Positions 25,719 to 38,800 are shown, counted from the first letter of the whole stretch. The stretch is DNA of 63,801 bases, filler included, from Octopus bimaculoides (GCF_001194135.2; 4 parts of 3 records of this genome joined end to end with filler, not necessarily neighbours in it), one strand, 5' to 3'. The notes: a model not told the origin generated them from the sequence alone. Program-made: numbers and translations.

Positions 25719-25759
<41 letters not shown>

Positions 25760-25952
25760 CAAATACACATACATACGTACATATTTATATTTATGTTTAT
25801 ATGTTCATATGCATAAAAATATATATACGCATATATACATACATACGTACATATATATGTGTATATATATATATGTATATGTGTATAAAAATAAATATAT
25901 CTAAACACCTGTATATATATGCATATATATGTATATATATGCATATATATAC

Positions 25953-25984
<32 letters not shown>

Positions 25985-25998
25985 GTATATATATATAC

Positions 25999-26033
<35 letters not shown>

Positions 26034-26054
26034 CGTATGCATATTTATATATTT

Positions 26055-26094
<40 letters not shown>

Positions 26095-26095
26095 T
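25388..26095. repeat. (TATC)n, gap, (AT)n-rich and (CA)n microsatellites
   Basis: Directly visible. Confidence 0.9.
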
Positions 26096-26881
26096 TAAAT
26101 TCTACAACTCTCAAAATTTATCACATTCTTAAAAAGTTATTTTCTTGCTGGTCTTGTGTGTTGGTGTGTGAAGTTTTATATAGATATATGTTATTCTTAG
26201 TTTTTATACTTCCTTGTTTCAAATTCATGTAATTCTTTTTGTTAAACACCCCCTCCTCGTGCAAAGAACAACTGGGAGAGAAGGAAAATCAATAATTATT
26301 ATCACTTTCAAGTTTTTATTGATGTCGAGTGTGAGTTGTCTTTTCTTACATCTTTTTCAACATTAAAACCCTGTATGTGTATGTGCGTGCATATATACAC
26401 ACATCTATACATACACACACACACACACACATACACACACACATGAAAGTATGTATGTGCGCATATATAATATATATATATGAAAATATGTATGTATGCC
26501 CCCTCTGACTTTCTGAGTTACTTTAAGTTTTCCAACTTATAAACAATTCTATAATTATCTTAATATGATTAATTGATTTACACGAAATACACATAGGGAC
26601 AAATATATACATGCATATACATTTGTATAAATATATATATACATATGTACATATATATAAATACATATACATACATGCATAAGCACATATACACACACTC
26701 ACACATATGCATAATATACAGAGAAATATCATTATATGAATCAACGCATATATCTTATATATAAACATACATCCATAAATACGTATATACATACACGCAT
26801 TAATATGCATACACATACATGTATATATGAATATATATAAATATGTATATATATATGTATATATCTATACCTTTGTATGTG

Positions 26882-26921
<40 letters not shown>

Positions 26922-26931
26922 NNNNNNNNNN

Positions 26932-26973
<42 letters not shown>

Positions 26974-27879
26974 TCACGATTAGACATCCTTACTTATATA
27001 TGTATAATATACAGAAAGAAGGAACGTAAGAAAGAAAAATAAGAGAGAAAGAAAAAAGAAAGAAAGAAAGGAAGAAAGAATGAAAGAAAGAAAAACAGAT
27101 ACATAGAAATGATTCAGAAACGATAAGGTCAAATTATTTCATGTTTTTGCTAATCGAATGTTAAAAAGACCATCGAAAATATAAAATAAATGTAAAAATG
27201 CAAAAAAATATGCAAGAAAGAATATCATTGTAAAGAAAATTTGGATAAAAAAAAAAAACAAGAATGATTATTTAGAGAACATTACTAATTGTATTAGTAG
27301 TTTTTGTTGTTGTTATTGCTTTTATTGTTGTTTTTGTTATATTGAAAGTAATAGCAGAATAGGTGATGAACAAAAGGCTCGGTGTACAATCTACGTGTTT
27401 ACTACGTGACCAATTGAATATTAAATCATATTGCTACACACAGTTTTCACACAAAATTTCCAAGTTTCTGTTTCAGGTGGTCTTGTGCCTGAATAATAAA
27501 TCGATAATATTATAGTTGTCTTAGTTACTGGTTGTTTTTTTTTTTAAGCCGAAGTGTGATGTGTTACGTGTAAAACAGGCGTTCGACTTCGGTTGGCGCT
27601 CATCGTTATTCAAATTAAACATCAGCCAAGTAAGAACTCGCACCAGCCACAACGAACTTGCGAACTTCATGAATATTGCCACTTCCTTTCCTACGCTAGT
27701 GTGAAACCCGACATGCTAGAAGTAGCAGCCAAGTTTCTTCCTGATTCTTATCTAGTATCTTGAAATAGCAAAGCGTATAATAAACTTCTAAGTACAGTAT
27801 ATTGTCTGAAAATTCCCCGATGAGAGGGTCAATGCTGGAACGACTTTAATCTTTTATAAGCAATAACAGTAGATAAACC

Positions 27880-28175
27880 ATCTTACCAACCACATGTTTC
27901 CGGGTTCTGTCCCACTGCGTGGCACCTTGGGCAAGTGTCTTCTACTATAGCGTCGGCCCGACCAAGGCTTTGTGAGTGTATTTGGTAGACTGAAACTAAA
28001 AGAAGCCCGTCGTATATATATATATATACATGTATGTATGTGTGTGTGCGTGTATATGTGTGTCTGTGTTTTTTACCCCCTCTTCGACTTGACAACCGTT
28101 GTTGATGTGTTTACGTCCCTGTAACTTAGCAGTTCGGCAAAAGAGATCGATAGAATAAGTACTAGTTCAACTAGT
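27880..28175 (+). mobile_element. Family-1 SINE
   Basis: cttaccaaccacatgtttccgggttctgtcccactgcgtggcaccttgggcaagtgtc...gaagcccgtcgtatata...cttgacaaccg...gatagaataagtactag. Confidence 0.85.
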
Positions 28176-28310
28176 ACTTATTTTGTCGACATCGAAAGTA
28201 TGAGAGGCAAACTCGATCTCGGTGACATTTGAACTCAGAACGTAGAGATGGACGAAATGCCGCTCAGCGTTTTAACCTGCGTACTAACAATTCAGCCAGA
28301 TCACCGCTTT
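28140..28310 (-). mobile_element. Family-2 SINE (overlapping or adjoining the family-1 3' end)
   Basis: ggcaaactcgatctcggtgacatttgaactcagaacgtagagatggacgaaatgccgctcagcg...actaacaattcagccag. Confidence 0.7.
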
Positions 28311-28755
28311 AATGTACAGAATATTAAATAGGAAGCATTTGAGTTTGAATTACTCACCTCAAACAGTTACTGAAAACTGTCGGTCAGAATCACCGTCATC
28401 AGATGATAGTGGCTGAGAGGAAATTAGTTAACGATGAATTCTGTCTAAATCAATAAGAAATTTACAGCATGTGAAGGAAGAGTCAACAAAACTCTTTCTA
28501 GATTGGTACGGATTCAATATGGAGAACAATCTGGAGTAAATAAAAAGGAGTGAGTTTAACAAGGCAAGAAGAAATACGAAAAAAATTTTTTCTGTGGTTG
28601 TAATTTCCATAGAAAATCTGAAGAAATAACTTATAAAAGGTGATTTAATCGCATTGCTAACACAGGAAGGACATAGCATTGATTTATAAGCCTTTAATGT
28701 ACTTGGTATTGGATTATTGTTGCATAACGGAATACGGTGTCCTTACCAGCAATTA

Positions 28756-28835
28756 ATACACCTTTTCCTTGACTTACGACCTATGTGACCTACGACCATC
28801 CGCAGTTACAACCATCTGCACTTACGACTTCAAAA
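28756..28835. mobile_element. Probable Tigger/pogo-type terminal fragment
   Basis: TA followed by cc..ttgacttacgacc with repeated (t)tacgacc motifs, which is typical of pogo/Tigger subterminal repeats. No partner end was found. Confidence 0.4.
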
Positions 28836-29124
28836 AATAAATAGTTAAGTAAAATTAAATAAATTTTAAAAAATCGATTTTCTGTCGTTGGGTAGCTACG
28901 CGTACGATAACTATGATAGGATCTGGCAACGCGGGCCTCCCTCAGACCCAAGCCGCCATTGCCTGCTACTGTCTCTCTCTCAGTTGCTTTGAAGTAACAG
29001 TTGTCTTGTACTTATTCTATAGATCCTTCTTGGTGAACCGCTAGCTAATGAAGACGTAAATACAATCACGGCCTCCATCACACAGACAAGCGCGCGTACA
29101 CACTCACACACAAATAATACATGC

Positions 29125-29410
29125 GAAGGCACGTGGCCTAGTAGTTAGGATGTTGCACTTGTGATCGTAAGATTGTGGTCTCGATTCCCAGTCGGGCTGT
29201 GAGTTGTGTTTCCTTGAGCAAAACAATTAATTACCCGTTGGTTCTGTCTACCCAAATGTAACTGGGGAACCCAGCAACGGACTAACGTTTCGTTCAGGGT
29301 AATGTTGGCTTACCCATGTAGCAAGCAGTTGATGGCATCATTCGGAAGCTGAACCAGTACGAAGCGCATTGTGACCAGCGGTGTGTAACAACATCGGATA
29401 GTCTGGTCAA
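29125..29410 (+). mobile_element. Family-3 SINE
   Basis: ggcacgtggcctagtagttagg (A-box) ... gtctcgattccc (B-box) ... gtgaccagcggtgtgtaacaacatcggatagtc. Confidence 0.7.
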
Positions 29411-29711
29411 CACAGTGTTATCAAATCCACTCACAAGGATTTATTCGGGCCGAAGTTACAACGGAAGACACTTTACCGAGGCGTGACGCAGTAGGACTGA
29501 AACCCGAGACCATGTTATTGTAAAGAAAGCTTCTTAACCGTACAGGCACGCATGCGCCTGATCTATATGTCCTTATTACCTGTTAAATAAATGAGAGTAG
29601 TAGAAAAAGTAAAAATATACAAAGGTGTACATGCTTGCACATACCTATACACTTGTGTATATATGTACGTACATACACATATAACTACATACACATATAC
29701 AAACATGCACT

Positions 29712-29746
<35 letters not shown>

Positions 29747-31165
29747 GTACGTATATAGATGCCTGTTTTATGTTCAAATTCTGATAAAAGAATCGTGTTT
29801 GGGGGTAGAAACCAACTCTTTTTCCATTACTGAGTGATTGGAATAATAAAACCAGTAACATATACATACATACATATATACATACATACATGCATACATA
29901 CATACTTATATATANNNNNNNNNNNNNNNNNNNNNNNNNNNNNNNNNNNNNNNNNNNNNNNNNNNNNNNNNNNNNNNNNNNNNNNNNNNNNNNNNNNNNN
30001 NNNNNNNNNNNNNNNATATATATACATGCATACATACATAGATACATGCACTCATACATGCATACATGTATTCAAACTCATGCACATACATAAATATATA
30101 CACACACCTACATACACACATATACATATATACATTTTAGGCAATAATGCACTCTTGCGTACTACAGACACGCGTATAACCTCCACATGAATGTAAGTAC
30201 GTTTGGTCACACACACACACACATACACACACACATACACACAAACACACATATACAGCCCCCAACACACACATACAGCCCCCAACACACACATACACAC
30301 ACACATTAACACACATTATCACGCATTCAATTATTTATCAATATCTGGAAGTGTTTTGACACAAATAGAGAAGCGTTGTCACTCTATTAGTGACCGGCTT
30401 CATGTTTGTGAAGAAGAATTAGAAAAAAATAAAGGCGGTTAACATGCATATAATCATGCATAATTACATATACAATGTATACATACACACACATTCATAC
30501 ACACTTTTATATATACGCACATTTATACATATTTTATTGATGCATACATTGTCACTCATTTAGTGACCGGTTTGTAATTCTACAGTGAAGAATTTGAAAA
30601 AGAGGGATAGCAATGCATACATTCATACATGCATACAAACAGCTAAAACACGAAAAATCACATACACACTCACACACACGCACGCATAGATACAACACAA
30701 ACACACACACACTTACAAACATTCATGCATACACACATACATACATAGATATTCATACATACATACATATATTTTTGCATGCATATATTCCTAAATGCAT
30801 ACATAGAAACAGCTAAACTCAAAAAACCACACACACACAATACATACACATACACACAATGCATGCACACATACATACATACATACATTCATACATTCCT
30901 GCACACAGAAAATGTAGTTTGCGTGTTCAAGGAAACCAACACAAACAAAATAGATATTTAAATGACAGCCAGTTACGAGGAGACAAAAATACTCTCCGTA
31001 AAATTAATAAAATGAGAACAACAAACTCAACCAACTTACGGAATTATTAGACAAGATGTTTTTTCTTTGTTTTGTTTATTGTTTACATATGAAAAGTTTT
31101 TCCATGACCAATTCGACAAAAAGATAGAAATACACAAAGAAAATATGTATGTATGTATGTATATG

Positions 31166-31197
<32 letters not shown>

Positions 31198-31735
31198 NNN
31201 NNNNNNNNNNNNNNNNNNNNNNNNNNNNNNNNNNNNNNNNNNNNNNNNNNNNNNNNNNNNNNNNNNNNNNNNNNNNNNNNNNNNNNNNNNNNNNNNNNNN
31301 NNNNNNNNNNNNNNNNNNNNNNNNNNNNNNNNNNNNNNNNNNNNNNNNNNNNNNNNNNNNNNNNNNNNNNNNNNNNNNNNNNNNNNNNNNNNNNNNNNNN
31401 NNNNNNNNNNNNNNNNNNNNNNNNNNNNNNNNNNNNNNNNNNNNNNNNNNNNNNNNNNNNNNNNNNNNNNNNNNNNNNNNNNNNNNNNNNNNNNNNNNNN
31501 NNNNNNNNNNNNNNNNNNNNNNNNNNNNNNNNNNATATATATATGTATGTATGTATATATATATATATAATTATGCATATATGTATATGCATATATATAT
31601 ATGTATACATATACAAGTATGCATAAATATATATATAAATATACATAAGCTTACGTATTACATATATATATATATGTATATATACTACACAATTATGTGT
31701 GTGTGTGTGAGTGTATGATGTGAATAGACTTGCGA

Positions 31736-31879
31736 ATTGGCGCATGCACATGCGCACCAACCAACAAACAAAAAGAACGTAGCTCCGATAACGGACAGAG
31801 TCAACAGCCATTGAAGAGTTTGCAAGAAGCAACGAAAACTTTAGAAAAAGAAAAACTTAAATGAGTAGAAACTGAACCG
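31736..31879 (+). promoter_or_regulatory. Putative promoter and first exon (reverse CCAAT, NRF1-like palindrome, strong 5' splice donor)
   Basis: ATTGG at 31736-31740 overlaps GGCGCATGCACATGCGCA at 31739-31756. Donor CCG|GTGAGT at 31879/31880. CpG is locally enriched. Confidence 0.4.
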
Positions 31880-31936
31880 GTGAGTGTGTTAATGAACAAG
31901 GCATTAAAACAGGATGAATCTCCTTAGACACCACAA

Positions 31937-31998
<62 letters not shown>

Positions 31999-32644
31999 CT
32001 TTTTTAAGTTCATTTCCAATATATCTAAAAGTACAGTTTTGATTGAATGCCAGGAATTTAAAAGACGTTTTTGAAATTCCTAGCTTGTGTTTAGTATAAT
32101 TCATATAATGTTTTTAAATATACTGACATACAACGTAGAATTTCCGCGGGAGGCGCTATTGTAAATTATTGCATTTAGGCGCATTATTTCAGTTATGTGA
32201 CAAATACTTATCGGTTCACAACTTTCACTATGTTAGCCAGTACACAATTATTGAAGCACTTTATGGAGACGGCAGCCCTGATGGCGTTTACCTTGGATGG
32301 ATAACAATTTTCGCGCACTAGAAAGTTGATATTTCTTTTACATTACTTTTAGGGGGGAGTTTGAATGCTAATAACCGTGTATTTATGAAAGAATGCATTA
32401 GTGCAAATTGTCAAATGAACACAGTTCTGTATTGTACGACAACACGCATGCAGAGATACCGACACACGTGCAGACATACTTAAATACGTCCATGTAAATG
32501 GGCATACGTAGTTATGTGTGCTTGCCTGTGGAGGCATCGGCTTGCTTAAATATGTATGTAAACAAACCTGCTGAAGGCACAAACACCCGCATACACAGAC
32601 ACACAGACACATACACACGCATATACATATATACATAGATATAT

Positions 32645-32665
32645 GCCTGTCTATCTCTCTATCTC

Positions 32666-32715
<50 letters not shown>

Positions 32716-32721
32716 AATCTA

Positions 32722-32752
<31 letters not shown>

Positions 32753-32872
32753 GCCCGCTTCTTTAGTTGTCCATCCATCTACCCCAGTACCTGCCTACCT
32801 ACCTGCCTACCTATCTGCCTACCTACCTACCTACCTACCTGTCTGTCTGTCTATCTGTTTATCTATCTATCC

Positions 32873-32929
<57 letters not shown>

Positions 32930-32930
32930 C
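32645..32930. repeat. (TATC)n/(TGTC)n/(TACC)n tetranucleotide array
   Basis: Directly visible. Confidence 0.9.
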
Positions 32931-33058
32931 GCACATATATAAACCCATATTAACTGACACACAGGTGTGTAGATAACGATTAACTTGAAAGGTGCCGTCA
33001 CACAGTTTTGGAATCGAGAGCTATAATAGACTCCTATATATATATATATATATACGCA

Positions 33059-33109
<51 letters not shown>

Positions 33110-33820
33110 NNNNNNNNNNNNNNNNNNNNNNNNNNNNNNNNNNNNNNNNNNNNNNNNNNNNNNNNNNNNNNNNNNNNNNNNNNNNNNNNNNNNNNNNNNN
33201 NNNNNNNNNNNNNNNNNNNNNNNNNNNNNNNNNNNNNNNNNNNNNNNNNNNNNNNNNNNNNNNNNNNNNNNNNNNNNNNNNNNNNNNNNNNNNNNNNNNN
33301 NNNNNNNNNNNNNNNNNNNNNNNNNNNNNNNNNNNNNNNNNNNNNNNNNNNNNNNNNNNNNNNNNNNNNNNNNNNNNNNNNNNNNNNNNNNNNNNNNNNN
33401 NNNNNNNNNNNNNNNNNNNNNNNNNNNNNNNNNNNNNNNNNNNNNNNNNNNNNNNNNNNNNNNNNNNNNNNNNNNNNNNNNNNNNNNNNNNNNNNNNNNN
33501 NNNNNNNNNNNNNNNNNNNNNNNNNNNNNNNNNNNNNNNNNNNNNNNNNNNNNNNNNNNNNNNNNNNNNNNNNNNNNNNNNNNNNNNNNNNNNNNNNNNN
33601 NNNNNNNNNNNNNNNNNNNNNNNNNNNNNNNNNNNNNNNNNNNNNNNNNNNNNNNNNNNNNNNNNNNNNNNNNNNNNNNNNNNNNNNNNNNNNNNNNNNN
33701 NNNNNNNNNNNNNNNNNNNNNNNNNNNNNNNNNNNNNNNNNNNNNNNNNNNNNNNNNNNNNNNNNNNNNNNNNNNNNNNNNNNNNNNNNNNNNNNNNNNN
33801 NNNNNNNNNNNNNNNNNNNN

Positions 33821-33899
<79 letters not shown>

Positions 33900-34069
33900 T
33901 ATAACGAGAGAGACACACAGAGATGAAGAAAAAAAAAGCATGAAGAAGAAGTGATGCATCTACTACTCGTCGTATGTGACTAACGAAACATGACAGCACG
34001 TTCTGTTTAAAAGCTTCACACTTGTGAATGAGAGGTCAAAGCAGTTAATTTATTTCGTTAGATTGTATC

Positions 34070-34104
<35 letters not shown>

Positions 34105-34562
34105 CTACAACGTAGACGACGACAACAACGACACCAGCAACAACAACCCAAACAAAACGAACTCTCTTCTGTAGTCATGCCTCATATCAGTAGTCGTTAG
34201 GTACATTCAAATCGTCTATTTAACAATAACTACATGTTGGATTGTTAAATATGCAACTGCAAGTGCAGTTGTTAGTGTTGTTGTTGTCATCGTCGTCGTC
34301 GTCGTCGTCATCATCGTTGTTGTTGTTGTTGTTGGTGGTGGTGGTGACGGTAACGCGTTATGTCTATGTGTTTCATTAAAGATGAAGGGACAATTCCCAT
34401 GTCTTTTAGAGAGCCTCCTTTACCGCTTTGTTTTTTTTAGCTTTTTTGGTGGCGTGGCTGTGTGACATGACGCTTACTCCTGAACCATATGGTTCCAGGT
34501 TCAGTCCTACAATGTTGTAAAAACAGTGAGAAACTAATCTGCATTTTGGGTGGTATTCTACT

Positions 34563-35075
34563 TTAAGCATGCCATATAACCCCTCATAGCACTTTTTATT
34601 TTAGGAAATTTTCAGAAAATCGTTGCAAATTTGTGTTCTACACAAAGGAATTCGTATGATTATGCAAAAATATAACAAAGCAAAACAAAACAAAACAAAA
34701 AGAAACATTTTTTTTTTGAGTGATTTAACGGCTATTTAGCTGCTCCTTTTAACACATCTCACGACCACCTGATATCCTCCTTGTTTCTTTGTGATTCTGA
34801 CGTATTGATATTTTTCAATATGTTTCTCGTCATAAACACATTTAATAGTCTATTGTTAGCATTTAAGCAAAGATTTCGGACTACCAGTATTTTAAACTCT
34901 GGTTAAAGAAAAAAAAAAATATTCAAAAAATTCAAAATTTTTTGTTAATTCAGAAAATTAAAAAAAAGATTTATAGTCGTATGAATTCCCGTGCATAGAG
35001 CAAAAATACGCAAAAGTGTTTTGAAAATCTCAGAAAATAAAAAAAATGTTATGTTGGGTTATATGGCGTGCTTGA
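34563..35075. mobile_element. TTAA-target MITE with long imperfect TIRs
   Basis: TTAA-gcatgccatataacccc at the left end and gggttatatggcgtgc-TTGA at the right end. Internal inverted similarity (ggaattcgtatgatta vs tagtcgtatgaattcc). Confidence 0.7.
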
Positions 35076-35689
35076 AGCAGAATTTCACCGCATTTTCATT
35101 TAGTAAATGTTTCGTTTATTTCAATATTATTTTACTTTCTCTTTTTTAATCCATTCTCGAATGCATACCTATATTTCAACGAAACAAAATATTTCTTTCA
35201 CCGGACATAAAAGAACAGGTCACGTACTAGTCTAAAATAACGTACAATATTTGTAAAAATGTGGAGAGTAAATATATATTAAAGTACTAAAATTAACGGA
35301 AAATAACTACTTCTTTTTTCATAGCAAAAGGAAAAGAAAAGAAAAAAGAAATATATTTTCACATGAGGAGATCAAAGCATTTGGATATAATACGAAGTGT
35401 TTAAACACTTAGAATTCACAAAACACACATTCCATACAACACTACAATAGACAACATTTATATAATGCATAGAAAAGAAAACGCAAACAGACTTATATGG
35501 AAGACAAAGAGAGTTTGGTTAATGCGTGCAATTACGTAGGTATAACTCTAGAAACAAATGCTGCACACACATTGCAAAAGATCCACTCGGGAGAGCAGCA
35601 GAACTTTGAATATATGGTAAGTGATAATATTAATGAACGTTTTTTTGAGGGGTTTTTTACCGAGCGTGCTAGAGATCTGCCAGCTCACC

Positions 35690-35918
35690 GCCTTCATAAT
35701 AATAATCCTTTCTACTACAGGCACAAGGCCTGAAATTTGGTGGGAGGGGGAAGTCGATTACATCGACCACAGTACGCAACTGATACTTAATTTATCGATC
35801 CCAAAAGGACGAAAAGCAAAGTCGACAACGGCGGAATTTAATATCAGAACGCTACGGTGGGCGAAATACCGCTAGCCATTTCGTCCAGCGTGCTAGCGAT
35901 TCTGCAAGCTTGCCGCCT

Positions 35919-36007
<89 letters not shown>
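35690..36007 (-). mobile_element. Family-2 SINE, full length, flanked by (AAT)n
   Basis: aataatcctttctactacaggcacaaggcctgaaatttgg...gtcgacaacggcggaatttaatatcagaacg...gctagcgattctgcaagcttgccgcc, then (AAT)n up to the gap. Confidence 0.85.
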
Positions 36008-36107
36008 NNNNNNNNNNNNNNNNNNNNNNNNNNNNNNNNNNNNNNNNNNNNTTAATTAATTAANNNNNNNNNNNNNNNNNNNNNNNNNNNNNNNNNNNNN
36101 NNNNNNN
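36008..36107. other. Assembly spacer: 44 N + TTAATTAATTAA + 44 N
   Basis: Same 100-bp construct as 22203-22302. Confidence 0.95.
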
Positions 36108-36387
36108 GGAAGAAAAAGAAATAGAGGGAGAGGGAGAAAGAGAGGGCGGAAGAGAAAGCGTATGTGTGAGAGAGAGAGAGAGAGAGATTGAATGAGAGAG
36201 AGACAGGGGGGGGGGCATGGAGTGCATTTCTTTCACTCTTGCTTTCTGTCTGGAGAAACACTGTGTTCGGCTCTGGTCAAATTTGAAAGGCTGTTATCTG
36301 TCAGATTTCAAACACCTAAGACACACCGAATGTCACGGTGCCCTAACGAGTAATGAGTGCTCAAGAAAGGATGCATATGTACGTATA

Positions 36388-36423
<36 letters not shown>

Positions 36424-36613
36424 GTTAAAATAGAGGCAGCTGACGAAGGATTAATTTCAAGTGGCTATCTGTTTTCCTATGTGTTCGTTCCGTGGTCTGT
36501 AGTTCATTGTCTTAACGTCTTGTACCCTGATATGCATCTATATACACATGTAGATGTAAGTATGTACATATATGTGTGTATACATGTATATATATTCTTT
36601 GTATTATTATCAT

Positions 36614-36653
<40 letters not shown>

Positions 36654-37222
36654 GCACACACACACACTTACATACACACACATATATACCAACACGTCCA
36701 TATCTTTATTCTTTACTAATCTTCCAATTCTGCTGCATATAACACATTTAATGAATACAATAATACTTTACTTAATTATATTTACTTGCCATACACACAC
36801 ATGCATACATGTATGGTTTATACATATATATTAGGTTGTTTATAAATCTACCTATGTCAACCAAGTGCGGAATGTTTCGTGTATTACATTTTTGAAAAGT
36901 AAGACAGGTTTTATGCGCAAAACTCCTTCTGCGACTTCTATAATAAAATTTTACAACTCTGAATATGAGAATTATATTTGCTTATATATTCGCTTCTATT
37001 TCTCTTGTTTTAGCATCAACCCAATCTCCACACACACACACACACACACACACGCGCGCGCATATATTTAAAAAATCTTTTGTTGATTACTTGTTCCAGT
37101 TATACTGCAGCCTTACTGGAACACCGACTTGAAGTATTTCCAGTAGAATGAATATACCCCAGTTAGAGAGACGTAAACACACCAACGCCGGTTGTCAAGC
37201 GGTACTGGGAGACAAACTCACA

Positions 37223-37260
<38 letters not shown>

Positions 37261-37307
37261 TATAAACACACACATCACGTGCGCGCATAAATAAATAAAT
37301 AAATAAA

Positions 37308-37339
<32 letters not shown>

Positions 37340-38102
37340 NNNNNNNNNNNNNNNNNNNNNNNNNNNNNNNNNNNNNNNNNNNNNNNNNNNNNNNNNNNNN
37401 NNNNNNNNNNNNNNNNNNNNNNNNNNNNNNNNNNNNNNNNNNNNNNNNNNNNNNNNNNNNNNNNNNNNNNNNNNNNNNNNNNNNNNNNNNNNNNNNNNNN
37501 NNNNNNNNNNNNNNNNNNNNNNNNNNNNNNNNNNNNNNNNNNNNNNNNNNNNNNNNNNNNNNNNNNNNNNNNNNNNNNNNNNNNNNNNNNNNNNNNNNNN
37601 NNNNNNNNNNNNNNNNNNNNNNNNNNNNNNNNNNNNNNNNNNNNNNNNNNNNNNNNNNNNNNNNNNNNNNNNNNNNNNNNNNNNNNNNNNNNNNNNNNNN
37701 NNNNNNNNNNNNNNNNNNNNNNNNNNNNNNNNNNNNNNNNNNNNNNNNNNNNNNNNNNNNNNNNNNNNNNNNNNNNNNNNNNNNNNNNNNNNNNNNNNNN
37801 NNNNNNNNNNNNNNNNNNNNNNNNNNNNNNNNNNNNNNNNNNNNNNNNNNNNNNNNNNNNNNNNNNNNNNNNNNNNNNNNNNNNNNNNNNNNNNNNNNNN
37901 NNNNNNNNNNNNTATATATATATCAACTTTAAATAGACCTCAAAACTGATCCGTTGAACATACTTTATTACAATCATAATAATAATAATAATAATGAAAA
38001 TGACCTATGAACATTTCGATGGTACATCCAGAATGATTAATACATATTATAAAACATTATAAAATATTATAAAATATAGGATACTCCATCTCCTCGGGGT
38101 CC

Positions 38103-38137
<35 letters not shown>

Positions 38138-38689
38138 GTAATATACAGCCAATAAAAAACAGAAAACATTCAAATTCAATTACTAGTGAGGGATTTACTG
38201 AAATAAAGAAAAACATGTATTGACCATTATGTATGCCTTGTCTTATACCGGATAAGATGACCGTGTTGATTACGTGTCACAGAAAATACGGGAAGGCTGG
38301 AGAAAAAGAGAGGAAGAGAATGAGGAAAAACGTATCAAAACGTTTACAAAAAAAAGTCAAAGAAAAAATATCACTGAAATAATAACAAAATTTGAAGAAA
38401 AAAACGATGCTAAAACAAACCACAAAAAACAAGAAGAAGCGTGTCATTTAAGCAGGCAGTGTAAATGGACCAATAACATTAGTTGTGTCAGCCTATTTAA
38501 ATATGTGGCCTTGACAGCAAACTTTATATTTCGTCGGTAGTGTGGCGATGGAGGAGGACTATAGAATGTAGTGGGGGGGGGGAGGGTGTCCCTCTCTCTT
38601 AGTCTGATTTTTTTTTTGTTTTTTAATTTCATTCTAGCGGTTAGAGAAGTCTGTAGTAGTTCAGATATTAAATGAAAAACTTCCTACAC

Positions 38690-38764
38690 TACCACCGCCA
38701 ATACTACCACAAATACAACAACCACCACCATCACCACCACTAATATCGTTAGCTCAACTATCAT

Positions 38765-38800
<36 letters not shown>

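Noticed and set aside
27363-27492. Possible C/D-box snoRNA (GTGATGA ... CTGA)
   Set aside because: There is no terminal stem, the spacing is long and I recognised no rRNA-complementary guide.
27477-27780. CpG-containing unique segment with a possible + exon (tttcAG at 27475-27476, CAA|GTAAGA near 27630) and a minus ORF of about 50 codons
   Set aside because: No recognisable protein and no linked neighbouring exons. The evidence is too thin to call, although it may be regulatory.
35575-35600. QKIHSGE as a C2H2 zinc-finger linker
   Set aside because: There is no preceding C-x2-C/H pattern, so the resemblance to HTGEKP is superficial.
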